Source: Nocardioides sp. (lineage in GTDB: Bacteria; Actinomycetota; Actinomycetes; Propionibacteriales; Nocardioidaceae). From it: a DNA stretch of 64,000 nt. The translations under genes and the position numbers were made by a program. Position 1 is the first letter of the stretch. Every line of letters begins with the position of its first letter. The stretch covers positions 8,143 to 72,142 of the forward strand of contig JASLDK010000119.1 of NCBI GenBank assembly GCA_030145945.1, read 5' to 3'. Positions 44,860 to 53,265 of this stretch are shown here, one piece after another. Below the pieces are notes generated by a model that was not told where the DNA came from, did no database searches, and saw nothing but the letters and a program-made list of their open reading frames with translations.

Positions 44860-46346
44860 TGTGTGCCCCCGATCGGGAGCACGTCGGAGGAGGAGGCGAG
44901 GGCGTCAAGGAGCCACGCGAGCGCGGCGGCGATCTGTAGCGGGACCACGCCGTTGCCGAGCGCCTTGAGTGCCTGGTTGCGGGTGATTCCGGGGACGTCG
45001 GTCACCCAGCCGTCAGGGAGGCCCATCATCCATTCAACGAAGCGCGGTGAGAGCTGCGGCCGTCCCTTGGCGGAGAGCTGCGTGGGCTCGGGCGCAGGGC
45101 GTCCGAGCCCACGCTCCCAGCGGGTGATGGCAGCGGTGTACTCGCCCCAGCGGGAGGGCTGGCGGAAGGTCGCGTCAGTAAGTGTCGTGCCGGCGTGCCC
45201 GGTTGTGTAGTCGGCTGCTCCACTAGCCTTCGCGTCGGTCGCGGTGGGCGTGGGCAGCAAGGGCGCGAGTGAGTCCAGCGAGGGCCGCACCGCAGCACCT
45301 TCGCTCGCGGACTGATTGTTGCCGTAGGGCGTAGCGGTTGGCGTCGGCAACAGTGCCAGATCCTTCGCGATCCCGGGCAGCAGGCGCTCAGTGCCACGCG
45401 CGCCTCCACGGGATTCGTGTCCGCCGAGCGAGCCTGCTGCCGAGGGGGTCGGGAGCAGCAGTACCTCGGTGTTCAGTGGCCTCGTGTTGCGGTCGAACTG
45501 CGAGGCACCACCTGTGTTGGAAGCGTCCTGAACGGTCGGCGTCGGCAGAAGTGCCACGGCGCTCGGCAGCATCAGATCCCCGGACGATCCGCGCTGCCCT
45601 GGTCCACCCTTGGTGCCGTCGGTGGCGCGAGGGGTGGGCAGAAGGCCTATGCCAGCAGGTGCTCCGCCACGTCCTGCAAGTTCACCGAATGCCCGCCCGC
45701 CTTGCGCTTTTCCGGGTGCTGCGATCCGCCGTTCGATGCGGTGTTCGCCTCGGGGGTAGGCAGTAGCGACCCACCGTTCGCGCTTGTGCGGGGCTCCCAC
45801 GCCGGACGCAGGAAGACTGACCCATTCCGCATCGAACCCGATCTCGGCAAGGTCTGCGAGTACGGCGTCGAGTGCCCGCAGATGGCCATCTGGTCCGTCT
45901 CCCACACACCACGGGCAGGGTTCCACGTCGCCAGCGGCGGGGGCTGTGAAGATTCCGGGGACATTCTCGAGGACCACCAATCGGGGGTTGAGTGCGACGA
46001 TCGCGCGGACGACCTGCGACCACAGGCCGGTGCGGGTGCCGTCCTTGAGACCAGCACGAGCACCGGCGACGGAGACGTCCTGGCAAGGGAATCCGGCACA
46101 CAGGACGTCGACCTCGCGACCGGGAACGGTCCAGTCGATCGTCGAGACGTCGCCGAGGTTGGGGACGCCGGGGAAGCGGTGCGCGAGAATCGTGCACGGT
46201 GACTTGCAGGGCTCGTGATGGGGCCAGATGCCCTTAGCCGGCTCGCCGCACACGTCGGCCACCCAGACGGTCTCGACGTCGAGGACGCGGGCGATTCCCA
46301 GGTCGAGGCCGCCGTAGCCGGAGAACATGGATCCGAGTCTCAGCAT
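44856..46346 (-). CDS. DNA (cytosine-5) methyltransferase with tandem LLPTP modules
   Basis: FSGYGG (I), GFPCQDVS (IV), ENVPG (VI), PHKRER (VIII), VEWMMGLP (IX), ALGNGVVP (X). Confidence 0.92.
   Translation of the reverse strand: MLRLGSMFSGYGGLDLGIARVLDVETVWVADVCGEPAKGIWPHHEPCKSPCTILAHRFPGVPNLGDVSTIDWTVPGREVDVLCAGFPCQDVSVAGARAGLKDGTRTGLWSQVVRAIVALNPRLVVLENVPGIFTAPAAGDVEPCPWCVGDGPDGHLRALDAVLADLAEIGFDAEWVSLPASGVGAPHKRERWVATAYPRGEHRIERRIAAPGKAQGGRAFGELAGRGGAPAGIGLLPTPRATDGTKGGPGQRGSSGDLMLPSAVALLPTPTVQDASNTGGASQFDRNTRPLNTEVLLLPTPSAAGSLGGHESRGGARGTERLLPGIAKDLALLPTPTATPYGNNQSASEGAAVRPSLDSLAPLLPTPTATDAKASGAADYTTGHAGTTLTDATFRQPSRWGEYTAAITRWERGLGRPAPEPTQLSAKGRPQLSPRFVEWMMGLPDGWVTDVPGITRNQALKALGNGVVPLQIAAALAWLLDALASSSDVLPIGGTQ
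45647..46099 (-). CDS. Nested alternative-frame ORF inside the methylase (beta-subunit-like)
   Basis: 150-aa ORF in another frame with WNPARGVWET, LPRSGSMRNG and an LLPTP module. Confidence 0.5.
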   Translation of the reverse strand: MPDSLARTSPSPVLVLVSRTAPAPACGRRSSARSSHSTPDWWSSRMSPESSQPPPLATWNPARGVWETDQMAICGHSTPYSQTLPRSGSMRNGSVFLRPAWEPRTSANGGSLLPTPEANTASNGGSQHPEKRKAGGHSVNLQDVAEHLLA

Positions 46347-46747
46347 CACGCACCCCCAGCCAGAGGACGGTCGGCGGGTTCGGCGTTGGCGATCTCCAGC
46401 AGCACGTCCGCATGGCACGGTTGGTCGAGCGGGCACCAGCAGGCGAGGTCCTTGCCCGCGAGCTCGCTGCGGATGTCGAGTCGGGTCGGCACCCACGGCT
46501 GGTCGAGCCAGTACTGGCCAGGCTGCGCAATCACCTTGCGATAGAGGGCGACCGCCTGCTCGGCGCGGACGACGTGGAACCAGTCGCGGCAGAAGTCGTA
46601 GGGGTGCGTGGTGGCTCGATGCCACAGGTGCGTCCGCTCGCCGACGACGAAGGGGTTGCCCCATTTCGTCGGCCGCCCGACGTACACGGCACCCTCGGGC
46701 ATCCGCCAGCCCTTGGTGCGCTTGCGTTGGATTCGCTGCGCGCTCAT
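46346..46747 (-). CDS. DUF4326 protein
   Basis: AVYVGRPTKWGNPF...LAGKDLACWCP...CHADVL. Confidence 0.85.
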   Translation of the reverse strand: MSAQRIQRKRTKGWRMPEGAVYVGRPTKWGNPFVVGERTHLWHRATTHPYDFCRDWFHVVRAEQAVALYRKVIAQPGQYWLDQPWVPTRLDIRSELAGKDLACWCPLDQPCHADVLLEIANAEPADRPLAGGA

Positions 46748-46977
46748 GCGTGCATCCACTCCTTGCAGTCGGGGCATGAGACCCGCTGGGGGTCGTCGGT
46801 GCGGGGGAAGTCGTCGATGTCGAGTGCCTGGTCGAAGGTGAGATTCAGCTCGGCGGCACTCGCCCCGGTCGTGCGGGTCTCGGCGACGAAGCACAGGGGC
46901 ACGTCGTCGGCTTCGTCGGTGGCGTCATGGAGTTCGGAGCGCAGGTGGGTGAAGCCATAGGGGTCGATGTCGATCAC
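46744..46977 (-). CDS. Phage hypothetical protein
   Basis: Coupled ORF in the early array. Confidence 0.5.
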   Translation of the reverse strand: MIDIDPYGFTHLRSELHDATDEADDVPLCFVAETRTTGASAAELNLTFDQALDIDDFPRTDDPQRVSCPDCKEWMHA

Positions 46978-47210
46978 GGCGCATCACCCGCCAGCAGTTC
47001 GCGCGCCGCCTTGCTCGCTCGTCCGGTCGGCGTGAGTCCGGCAGGCTGCCCGGCCTTGTGGACCGCGTGCTGGACGACGAACGCTGCGAGCATGTCGGGA
47101 CGCGGGATGCCTCCGAAGGACGGCGGTGCGGTCACGCCGATGCCGCAGATGGAGCAGTCGGCCTTGCCTGCGGGCTCGTCGACGGTGATGTGGGAGAGGT
47201 CTACCATCAC
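46974..47210 (-). CDS. Phage hypothetical protein
   Basis: Coupled ORF with CSICG. Confidence 0.5.
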   Translation of the reverse strand: MMVDLSHITVDEPAGKADCSICGIGVTAPPSFGGIPRPDMLAAFVVQHAVHKAGQPAGLTPTGRASKAARELLAGDAP

Positions 47211-47779
47211 GCACCCCCGGCCTGATCGAGCAGCGAGCGGAGGCGGCGTGCCAAAGCGAGTGAGTTGCCTCGTCCGTCGCGCTCGCCCGTGTCGGCCAGG
47301 TCAGCGATCCCGGCCCGCAGCCGCTCGGTCTCTTCCTCGGCCTCCCAGACGCGGGACATCTGTCGGGAGCGGCGGGCCATGCCGCGTAGCCGCTCTACCT
47401 CGGCCTCGGCACGCTCAGCACGGTCGTAGTTCTCGATCATCCGTTCCGAGAACTCGGCGCACTCGCCGGCGCATTCTTCGTACAGCTTGTCGAGTTCCTT
47501 CACCCGGTCCAGCAGTCCCGGCAGGGCGTTGACGGCGGCGACCCACCGATTGGCCCGCTGGCCGTAGTAGACCTCCGACATGTGCAGCGAGCAGACCGGC
47601 CATGCGCGGTCGTCGCCGGTCTCCGGGTCGTAGATCACCCAGCTCTCGGCCTCGCGTCCACAGGCATCCAGCTCGCCGACCTTGTCGGTGATCGATGCGT
47701 GGCAGTGCTCTTCGGTGAGCGGTCCGGTGGCGAGGTCGCGTGCCAGCTCCCGCAGCTCGGTGTCGGTGTGCTCAGTCAA
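47207..47779 (-). CDS. Phage hypothetical coiled-coil protein
   Basis: AAVNALPGLLDRVKEL...AERAEAEVERLR. Confidence 0.6.
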   Translation of the reverse strand: MTEHTDTELRELARDLATGPLTEEHCHASITDKVGELDACGREAESWVIYDPETGDDRAWPVCSLHMSEVYYGQRANRWVAAVNALPGLLDRVKELDKLYEECAGECAEFSERMIENYDRAERAEAEVERLRGMARRSRQMSRVWEAEEETERLRAGIADLADTGERDGRGNSLALARRLRSLLDQAGGA

Positions 47780-48128
47780 GGGGTCGCCCTCCTCGCAGGT
47801 ATTGCTCCACGTCGGAGCGGTAGGTGATGACGCCGTGCTCGTCGCACAACATGACGGTCTGGCCGCGCATCCAGACGCCGAATCGGTCGCGCTGGCTGGT
47901 GCCTCGGACGCCGATGAGGGTGTCGAGATCGGCGGAGGTGTAGCCGTACTCGCAGGACGGGGCGGGATGGGCAGCGAGGATGTCGGTCAACCGCGCGGCA
48001 ACCCGGTCGCGCTCCTGCTGACGGACGCCGGGCATCGTGCCGGGATACTTCGGCCACTCGGCAAGCTCGCTGGCGAGCCGCTCCACGGCGATTCGCAGGG
48101 TGTCGTCCTGTCGGCGCTGGGCGTTCAT
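47772..48128 (-). CDS. Phage hypothetical protein
   Basis: WMRGQT...Y.SDVEQYL motif; coupled start. Confidence 0.55.
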   Translation of the reverse strand: MNAQRRQDDTLRIAVERLASELAEWPKYPGTMPGVRQQERDRVAARLTDILAAHPAPSCEYGYTSADLDTLIGVRGTSQRDRFGVWMRGQTVMLCDEHGVITYRSDVEQYLRGGRPLD

Positions 48129-48271
48129 CGCAGCCCTGCCTTCCCGAGCAGCCACCAGGTGACTACGCCGATCGTGAAGATGACGCCGATCGCGCCGAAC
48201 ACTCCGATGACTGCTTGGCCGAAGTTCTGCCAGAAGACGGGCCACGGCGTGGTTTCGAGGGTCGTGCTCAC
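48125..48271 (-). CDS. Small membrane protein
   Basis: Single TM helix; AAGGAG RBS. Confidence 0.5.
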   Translation of the reverse strand: MSTTLETTPWPVFWQNFGQAVIGVFGAIGVIFTIGVVTWWLLGKAGLR

Positions 48272-48489
48272 GGGCTCTCCTTGGTCGGGGTGGGGGCGGC
48301 GTAGAGGACGCGTGACCACTCGGGCGCGTCGTAGCGGGCATCGGGTCCGTAGTAGTCGCGGATCTGCGCGTCTGCCGTGGCGGCAGCGAGCGCGAGGGTG
48401 GCGTGCACCTGAGCGGCCGCGAGCGTCAGTGGGCCGAGGCTCTTCGCCAGCAGCCGTTCGGCCTCGCGGTAGTGCTCCGGCCCGCTCAC
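48268..48489 (-). CDS. Phage hypothetical protein
   Basis: GPEHYREAERLL...AQVHATLALAAA pattern common in actinophages. Confidence 0.6.
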   Translation of the reverse strand: MSGPEHYREAERLLAKSLGPLTLAAAQVHATLALAAATADAQIRDYYGPDARYDAPEWSRVLYAAPTPTKESP

Positions 48490-48580
48490 GACGCCCGACC
48501 TCCCAGCGCGAAGGCGTAGGCCAGGACGAGCAGCAGGACCAGGAGACCGAGGGCAGCTAGGCCTGCGTGGGGGTGACGGT

Positions 48581-49117
48581 TCATTGGTCGGCTCCCCGCT
48601 GGAGCGCGTTGACATCGGCCTCGATCTCCTTGCGGCGCTCGGGAGTTGCCCCGTTCCACTCGGCACGAAGGTCAGCGACGCGCGCCACCGTGGCCTCATC
48701 GACCGGCGGCGACGATGGCACTGAATCGGGCAGCGGGTCCACGCGCCACAGCGACTTCTTGCCCTTGGACTCGGCGAGCGCGACCTTGAGCGGGCCGTCG
48801 ATGTGCGACATGTGGCTGACTCGGATGCCTCCGATCTCTTGGCCGGCCCACTTCACCTTCGCGTCGCGGTACAGCGTGAAACGCGGGTTCTCAGGCCAGT
48901 CGTCGGTCTCCTCGCCCCATCCGAAGGCCAGGATTCGAAGGACTGTCTTCGATGGCTTGAAGGGGCGCTTATCTGGGAACTCGGCCAGCACGATCGCGAC
49001 CGGCTGATCCGCGTCCCCTCGGCGGACCTCCTTGATGGTGAAGGTGCGCGGTCCGCTGATCAGGTCGTCGGCGTTGAGCTGGTCGCTCTTGGCGATGATG
49101 GCTTGACTCAGGTTCAT
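48581..49117 (-). CDS. Recombination-associated ssDNA-binding/annealing-like protein
   Basis: KSDQLNADDL..GPRT.TI...KPSKT..R...WG...GGIRVSH; coupled to the exonuclease. Confidence 0.6.
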   Translation of the reverse strand: MNLSQAIIAKSDQLNADDLISGPRTFTIKEVRRGDADQPVAIVLAEFPDKRPFKPSKTVLRILAFGWGEETDDWPENPRFTLYRDAKVKWAGQEIGGIRVSHMSHIDGPLKVALAESKGKKSLWRVDPLPDSVPSSPPVDEATVARVADLRAEWNGATPERRKEIEADVNALQRGADQ

Positions 49118-50187
49118 CACATGCTCATTTCGGGATCGACGTAGGGGTTCAGGTGTGCCGGGATCAGGTCGGCGTACCGGTAGAAGTAGCGAGCAGGCAG
49201 CGCGGTCGGCTCGGCGTGCAAGGTCGGGTAGCCGTCCCACATACCGCTCTTGATGGCCTCGGCGAAGATGTCGATGGCGCGGTCATTCAGCGCCCGGGCG
49301 ATCTCCATAGCCAGGTCGTCGCAGGTGTGAACCTGCACGAGATAGGGCTCCTGCTTCTCCTGGCAGATGAAGCGCATCGGCTCATCGCCAGCCTCGTGAC
49401 CGAGTGCCCGCAGCCCACGGAGGTAGAACTCGGCCTGCTGGTGGTAGCCGTACCGCTCCATGTCGTGCTCGAAGCCGCGATCAGAGGCGTCCTCGGTGGT
49501 CTTGTAGTCGTTCGCCCTGCGCCCGAGAAGGTCGATCCGTGCCCGACACCAAGCACTGCGCTCCTGCCAGAAGGCGGACACCTCGGGCTCGCCATCACTG
49601 AGCATGGCGGAGACTTCCGGGTTGGCGCGCAATGCTGCGGCCATGCCCTCAACCTGCTCACGTTCGGCTGCGGTCACGGCTACGGCCCGCTCGGCGGCAA
49701 TGGCGTCGGCCCACTGCGCCCGCTCCTCCTTGCCCGCCTTGGTTCGTCCGTCGTGCTCCCAGACGATGAGCTCAGGACCAGCGCCAAGGGCTTCGAGATG
49801 CGCGGCCTTGCCGAGATTCATCGCCTTGGTGGGCTTGCGGTTCCGGTGTGTTGCGATCGCCTTGGCCGGAACGTGCTCGGTGAGACGGCGGGCCAGCGAC
49901 GACGAGAGCGAACCACCAGGGACGGGGTCACCGTGATAGATCTCGTCGCTCAGGTTCCAGTGCAGGCCGACCTTGATCTCATCGTCGGGCACGATCGGCG
50001 CTGCGTGGCACGAGCACTTGCACGCGAGCCGATGCTTCAGCCCATCGGTCTCACCGGAACACCGGTGGTGGCTGCCGCTTCCGCACCAGCCCGACAACCA
50101 CTTCCGCGGCTCCTCGTTCTCCGCATCCACCGCCCGCTGACTGGCTTCCTCGACGGCGAGGTCGCGGGGGTCGAGGTCGGCGGTCAT
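49117..50187 (-). CDS. RecE/exonuclease VIII-like PD-(D/E)XK nuclease (DUF3799)
   Basis: YHGD...SLSSS, LGKAAH, EVSAFW, RARID, DYKTT and YHQQAEFY. Confidence 0.85.
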   Translation of the reverse strand: MTADLDPRDLAVEEASQRAVDAENEEPRKWLSGWCGSGSHHRCSGETDGLKHRLACKCSCHAAPIVPDDEIKVGLHWNLSDEIYHGDPVPGGSLSSSLARRLTEHVPAKAIATHRNRKPTKAMNLGKAAHLEALGAGPELIVWEHDGRTKAGKEERAQWADAIAAERAVAVTAAEREQVEGMAAALRANPEVSAMLSDGEPEVSAFWQERSAWCRARIDLLGRRANDYKTTEDASDRGFEHDMERYGYHQQAEFYLRGLRALGHEAGDEPMRFICQEKQEPYLVQVHTCDDLAMEIARALNDRAIDIFAEAIKSGMWDGYPTLHAEPTALPARYFYRYADLIPAHLNPYVDPEMSM

Positions 50188-50639
50188 GCTTGCCCCGCTC
50201 TCTTGATCGCAAACACGTTGCTTGCCGACGGGACCACGGCAACGCCTTGCCACGTCGTGCACATCACTTCGAGGCTGTCGTCGCCGGTCCTGAGTCGCAG
50301 CGCGTAATCCCCTCCATCCGGAGACCATGCGATGTACTTGGCGCTCGACGGCAGAGCGACATCGTCTTCGCGTTGGCCACCGCAGATCGAGAAGTCCGAC
50401 CCGCCATCCCCAGACAGTGCAGACTGAAGACGATCGACCTCGCGAGCCAGCTCGTCGTTGCGCATCCGCAAAAGGCGGATCTCTTCTTGCGCCCACTTGG
50501 GGAGCCGATCGATGTTGCTCACCACCCACGGCTCCTCAGCCGCCAGGTCACTCCGCGTCGGTTGCTCGCGCTCCCCGGCCAGGTCGTGACGGTCACGGTC
50601 GGCGCGGGCCTCGTCCTCGATGCGGTCGTGGATGCTCAT
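50184..50639 (-). CDS. Phage hypothetical protein
   Basis: RLPKWAQEEIRLL motif; coupled. Confidence 0.6.
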   Translation of the reverse strand: MSIHDRIEDEARADRDRHDLAGEREQPTRSDLAAEEPWVVSNIDRLPKWAQEEIRLLRMRNDELAREVDRLQSALSGDGGSDFSICGGQREDDVALPSSAKYIAWSPDGGDYALRLRTGDDSLEVMCTTWQGVAVVPSASNVFAIKRAGQA

Positions 50640-50824
50640 GCGGCACCCCGGTCCCGCCGAAGCTGGTCATAGACGCACGGGTCGATGGAGCGACGTAGCT
50701 CCTTGAGCTCGTAGCCCAACCGCATCCGGCGCATGTGCTCGTCGGCGAGGCACCAGACCGCCACAGCCAGCACGCCAAGCGTCAGGACCTCGATGACCAG
50801 GAGGATGATCTCGCCGATGGTCAT
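50636..50824 (-). CDS. Small membrane protein
   Basis: N-terminal TM helix; ATGA coupling. Confidence 0.55.
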   Translation of the reverse strand: MTIGEIILLVIEVLTLGVLAVAVWCLADEHMRRMRLGYELKELRRSIDPCVYDQLRRDRGAA

Positions 50825-51147
50825 GCGACCACCTCCTGGCAGTAGGACGAGTGGTCGTTCTCGGCGGCGTAGAAGTCGTCGAAGTCATCGCGGGACGGCT
50901 GCTCGCCCCATGCGGGAGGCATCAACCACGACGTGCGACCGCACGAGCAGTAGGACACGGCGGCGGCGTACCGGGGCACGCGGTTGAGCCGGAAGGCCCA
51001 GCGCACGTCGAGATCAAGCAGCCAGTCGCGGCGCTGAATCGCCTTACGTCGACGGCGAGCACAGCCCGAGGTAGTCGAGGGCGCGTAGCCACGGTCCAGC
51101 GGGTAGGCGGCGTCCTCAGGGTTGGCGGGGTAGCGACGGTTACTCAT
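50821..51147 (-). CDS. Phage hypothetical protein
   Basis: ATGA-coupled; CSCG motif. Confidence 0.55.
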   Translation of the reverse strand: MSNRRYPANPEDAAYPLDRGYAPSTTSGCARRRRKAIQRRDWLLDLDVRWAFRLNRVPRYAAAVSYCSCGRTSWLMPPAWGEQPSRDDFDDFYAAENDHSSYCQEVVA

Positions 51148-51287
51148 GCGGCCACCTCCCGCACGACGACCGGCGCGGACCAGGTCTCGGAGGCATCGCG
51201 GCGGGTGGCGATCTCGGCCACATCGCCGAAAATGGTGACGAGCCAGTGAGTGCCAGCGGCGTCGATGCCGGTGTACTGCTGCTGCAT
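51144..51287 (-). CDS. Small phage protein (47 aa)
   Basis: GAAAGG RBS; MQQQYTGIDAAGTHWLV...; coupled stop. Confidence 0.5.
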   Translation of the reverse strand: MQQQYTGIDAAGTHWLVTIFGDVAEIATRRDASETWSAPVVVREVAA

Positions 51288-51387
51288 TGCTGCTACCTTT
51301 CGGTTGTTCGGTGGTCGCGCTCCGGGGTCGAATTCGTGAGCGCGACCGCTGTTATTTCTGGTCCCGGCCCTGCCCGGGGGTCATCTG

Positions 51388-51654
51388 TCAGACAGGGCCG
51401 GAGGTCTGGTTGCGCCTGAGTTCGCGAATGAAGTCCGGGGCCATGTCCTCGGGCATCTCGATCCGCACGTAGCCCTTCGGCGGCTTACGGAGACGGGCGA
51501 TCAGTTCGGCCTGAATCCAGACGACGAACCACACCACCGCGAGCGCACTCGACAGCCAGCCAGCGTCGGCATGCCCTGTCAGGAACCTCGCCACCGCGCC
51601 AATGAGGCACGCCAGGATCGTGACCGCCAAGAAGGCGCGATCGAACGTCTTCAT
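51388..51654 (-). CDS. Phage membrane protein
   Basis: Two hydrophobic helices. Confidence 0.55.
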   Translation of the reverse strand: MKTFDRAFLAVTILACLIGAVARFLTGHADAGWLSSALAVVWFVVWIQAELIARLRKPPKGYVRIEMPEDMAPDFIRELRRNQTSGPV

Positions 51655-52049
51655 CGCGCACCGCCGGAGGCCTGACCCGAGACAGCAGCGGCCTCAACAC
51701 GGGCTGCCTCGAGGGTGCGGAGGGTGTGCCAGAACAGCGCCTTGTTGGCGTTGCCCTTCGACACGGCGCCGTCGATTGGGACAGGCACGTCGGTGATGTC
51801 GAGGAAGCCGTGCGGGCCACGGGCGCCAGCCCACTGCGCGGAGTAGGAACGCGAGTCGAACTCATCGCCGGCGTCAGCGAACGCCTTACGGCACCGCGCG
51901 TTGACGTGGTTCGGGTTGATCCAGCCGTCGTAGAGGTTCGCCTCGGCGACGCAGGCCGCGCGGAAGACCTCCGCCATCAGCGGCTTGTCGGCGACGAGGG
52001 TCAGGAGGTCCTGGTCTTCATCGACGGGGGAGAAGTTGAGGAGGGTCAT
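51651..52049 (-). CDS. Phage hypothetical protein
   Basis: 132 aa with DGWINPNHV and GNANK; coupled. Confidence 0.6.
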   Translation of the reverse strand: MTLLNFSPVDEDQDLLTLVADKPLMAEVFRAACVAEANLYDGWINPNHVNARCRKAFADAGDEFDSRSYSAQWAGARGPHGFLDITDVPVPIDGAVSKGNANKALFWHTLRTLEAARVEAAAVSGQASGGAR

Positions 52050-52333
52050 GCGACAGCCGCCTGATCCTCGAGCCGAAGCTGCGCCATGCGGTACAGCAGC
52101 GACTTAGCGACCGCGCCGCGACGGATGACCTCACGGTCGACGTGACACTCGGGCGGGCACCTGTCGATGCCTCGACGAGTGCCCCGGGGCTGGGCATCCG
52201 GGTGCGATCGCCGGTAGTACGCCGACTGGTACTCCTGCCGCGCACGGACGCAGGCATCACAAGCGGCCTCGCCGTGCTTGATGTGGCGCTGGTAGGCGGC
52301 ATTGGTGCCGCAAGGGGCGAGAGAGCGGGTCAT
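52046..52333 (-). CDS. Small Cys/His protein (CGT...Y.RH..GE..C..C)
   Basis: APCGTNAAYQRHIKHGEAACDAC. Confidence 0.65.
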   Translation of the reverse strand: MTRSLAPCGTNAAYQRHIKHGEAACDACVRARQEYQSAYYRRSHPDAQPRGTRRGIDRCPPECHVDREVIRRGAVAKSLLYRMAQLRLEDQAAVA

Positions 52334-52452
52334 GCGACCGGACCGCCCATGCCGCTATCCCAGGCGATCTCCTCCACCGGCGCGGCAGGGGTGCGAGGGC
52401 CTGCCGCGCCAGTAGCTTCAGGAGTGTCCGCAACTGAAGAAGGAGAAGACCG

Positions 52453-52662
52453 ATGACTGACTTTGCCCCCGGCGAACTTCGCAGCGCGATTCACGCGCTC
52501 TTCAAGGCCAATCAAGAGTTGTTCACGGCCGACCAGGCGCAGATTGAGTTCTTCAACCGCCTCGCGGCTTCGGTCAACAGCCTGTCCGAGAGTCTGATCG
52601 CGCTTGGCGAACGTGTCGCGCAGCTTGAAGCCCGCCAGGACTCCGACACCGAAGGCCAGTAG
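52453..52662 (+). CDS. Small coiled-coil protein antisense to the early operon
   Basis: Strong AAGGAG RBS; natural-looking 69-aa sequence. Confidence 0.55.
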   Translation: MTDFAPGELRSAIHALFKANQELFTADQAQIEFFNRLAASVNSLSESLIALGERVAQLEARQDSDTEGQ

Positions 52663-52670
52663 ACGGGGGA

Positions 52671-52928
52671 TCATGACGCCTTCCGCTTCGCTGCCGAGCT
52701 TCGGCGCGTGGGCTGCGGAAGTCCGGCCAGTTCGCTGCTCGGCTTGGGCGTCGTGTCGATCGAGTTGGCCGCGACGATGGCCGCGATCTGCTCGTCGGTG
52801 TAGCGGACTTCGAAGCGGCCCAGCTTCACGTGCGGCCACTTGTGCCGGGTGCGGAGGTCGATGATCTTGTCGAGCGAGAGCTTCCAGTCGGCGGCGAGGT
52901 CCTCTTCGGTGGTGAGTTCAAGGCTCAT
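52671..52928 (-). CDS. Excisionase-like HTH protein
   Basis: LTTEEDLAADWKL...WPHVKLGRFEVRYTDEQI. Confidence 0.7.
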   Translation of the reverse strand: MSLELTTEEDLAADWKLSLDKIIDLRTRHKWPHVKLGRFEVRYTDEQIAAIVAANSIDTTPKPSSELAGLPQPTRRSSAAKRKAS

Positions 52929-53173
52929 GCGACACGCTCAGCGATGCGCTCAGCAGAGAGGGCGAGATCGCTGACTCGAACACCGCACGCAGTGGCGATC
53001 CGCGCCAGTTCGGGAAAGGTGAATGGGAGCGAGCCATTCACTCGGCGAGACAGCGTGGTCAGGGTGATGTCGGTCAGCTCGGAGACCTGGCTCAGCGTCA
53101 GGCCCGCCGTGGCGATTGCTCCCCGGACAGCCCGGCCAATTGCCACGGCCTCGTGGTCGATCTGGCTTGTCAT
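52925..53173 (-). CDS. Cro-like XRE HTH regulator
   Basis: LSQVSELTDITLTTLSRRVNG..PFTFPEL; divergent from the repressor. Confidence 0.8.
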   Translation of the reverse strand: MTSQIDHEAVAIGRAVRGAIATAGLTLSQVSELTDITLTTLSRRVNGSLPFTFPELARIATACGVRVSDLALSAERIAERVA

Positions 53174-53180
53174 GCCCGGA

Positions 53181-53209
53181 ACAGTACGTGCCAAATTTGG
53201 CATGGTCAA
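53181..53209 (-). promoter_or_regulatory. Lytic promoter with embedded operator palindrome
   Basis: TTGACC-N17-TACTGT-N7-ATG; perfect palindrome TGCCAAATTTGGCA at 53189-53202 between the -35 and -10. Confidence 0.75.
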
Positions 53210-53265
53210 GTTCAAATCACGTCAGATATGGCGTGTTTCGTTTCAAGGGAGTACCTTCTCGTGTC

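Noticed and set aside
51313..51348. Intergenic inverted repeat GGTCGCGCTC/GAGCGCGACC as an ncRNA
   Set aside because: A single hairpin with no further support; it could be a simple terminator or processing site.
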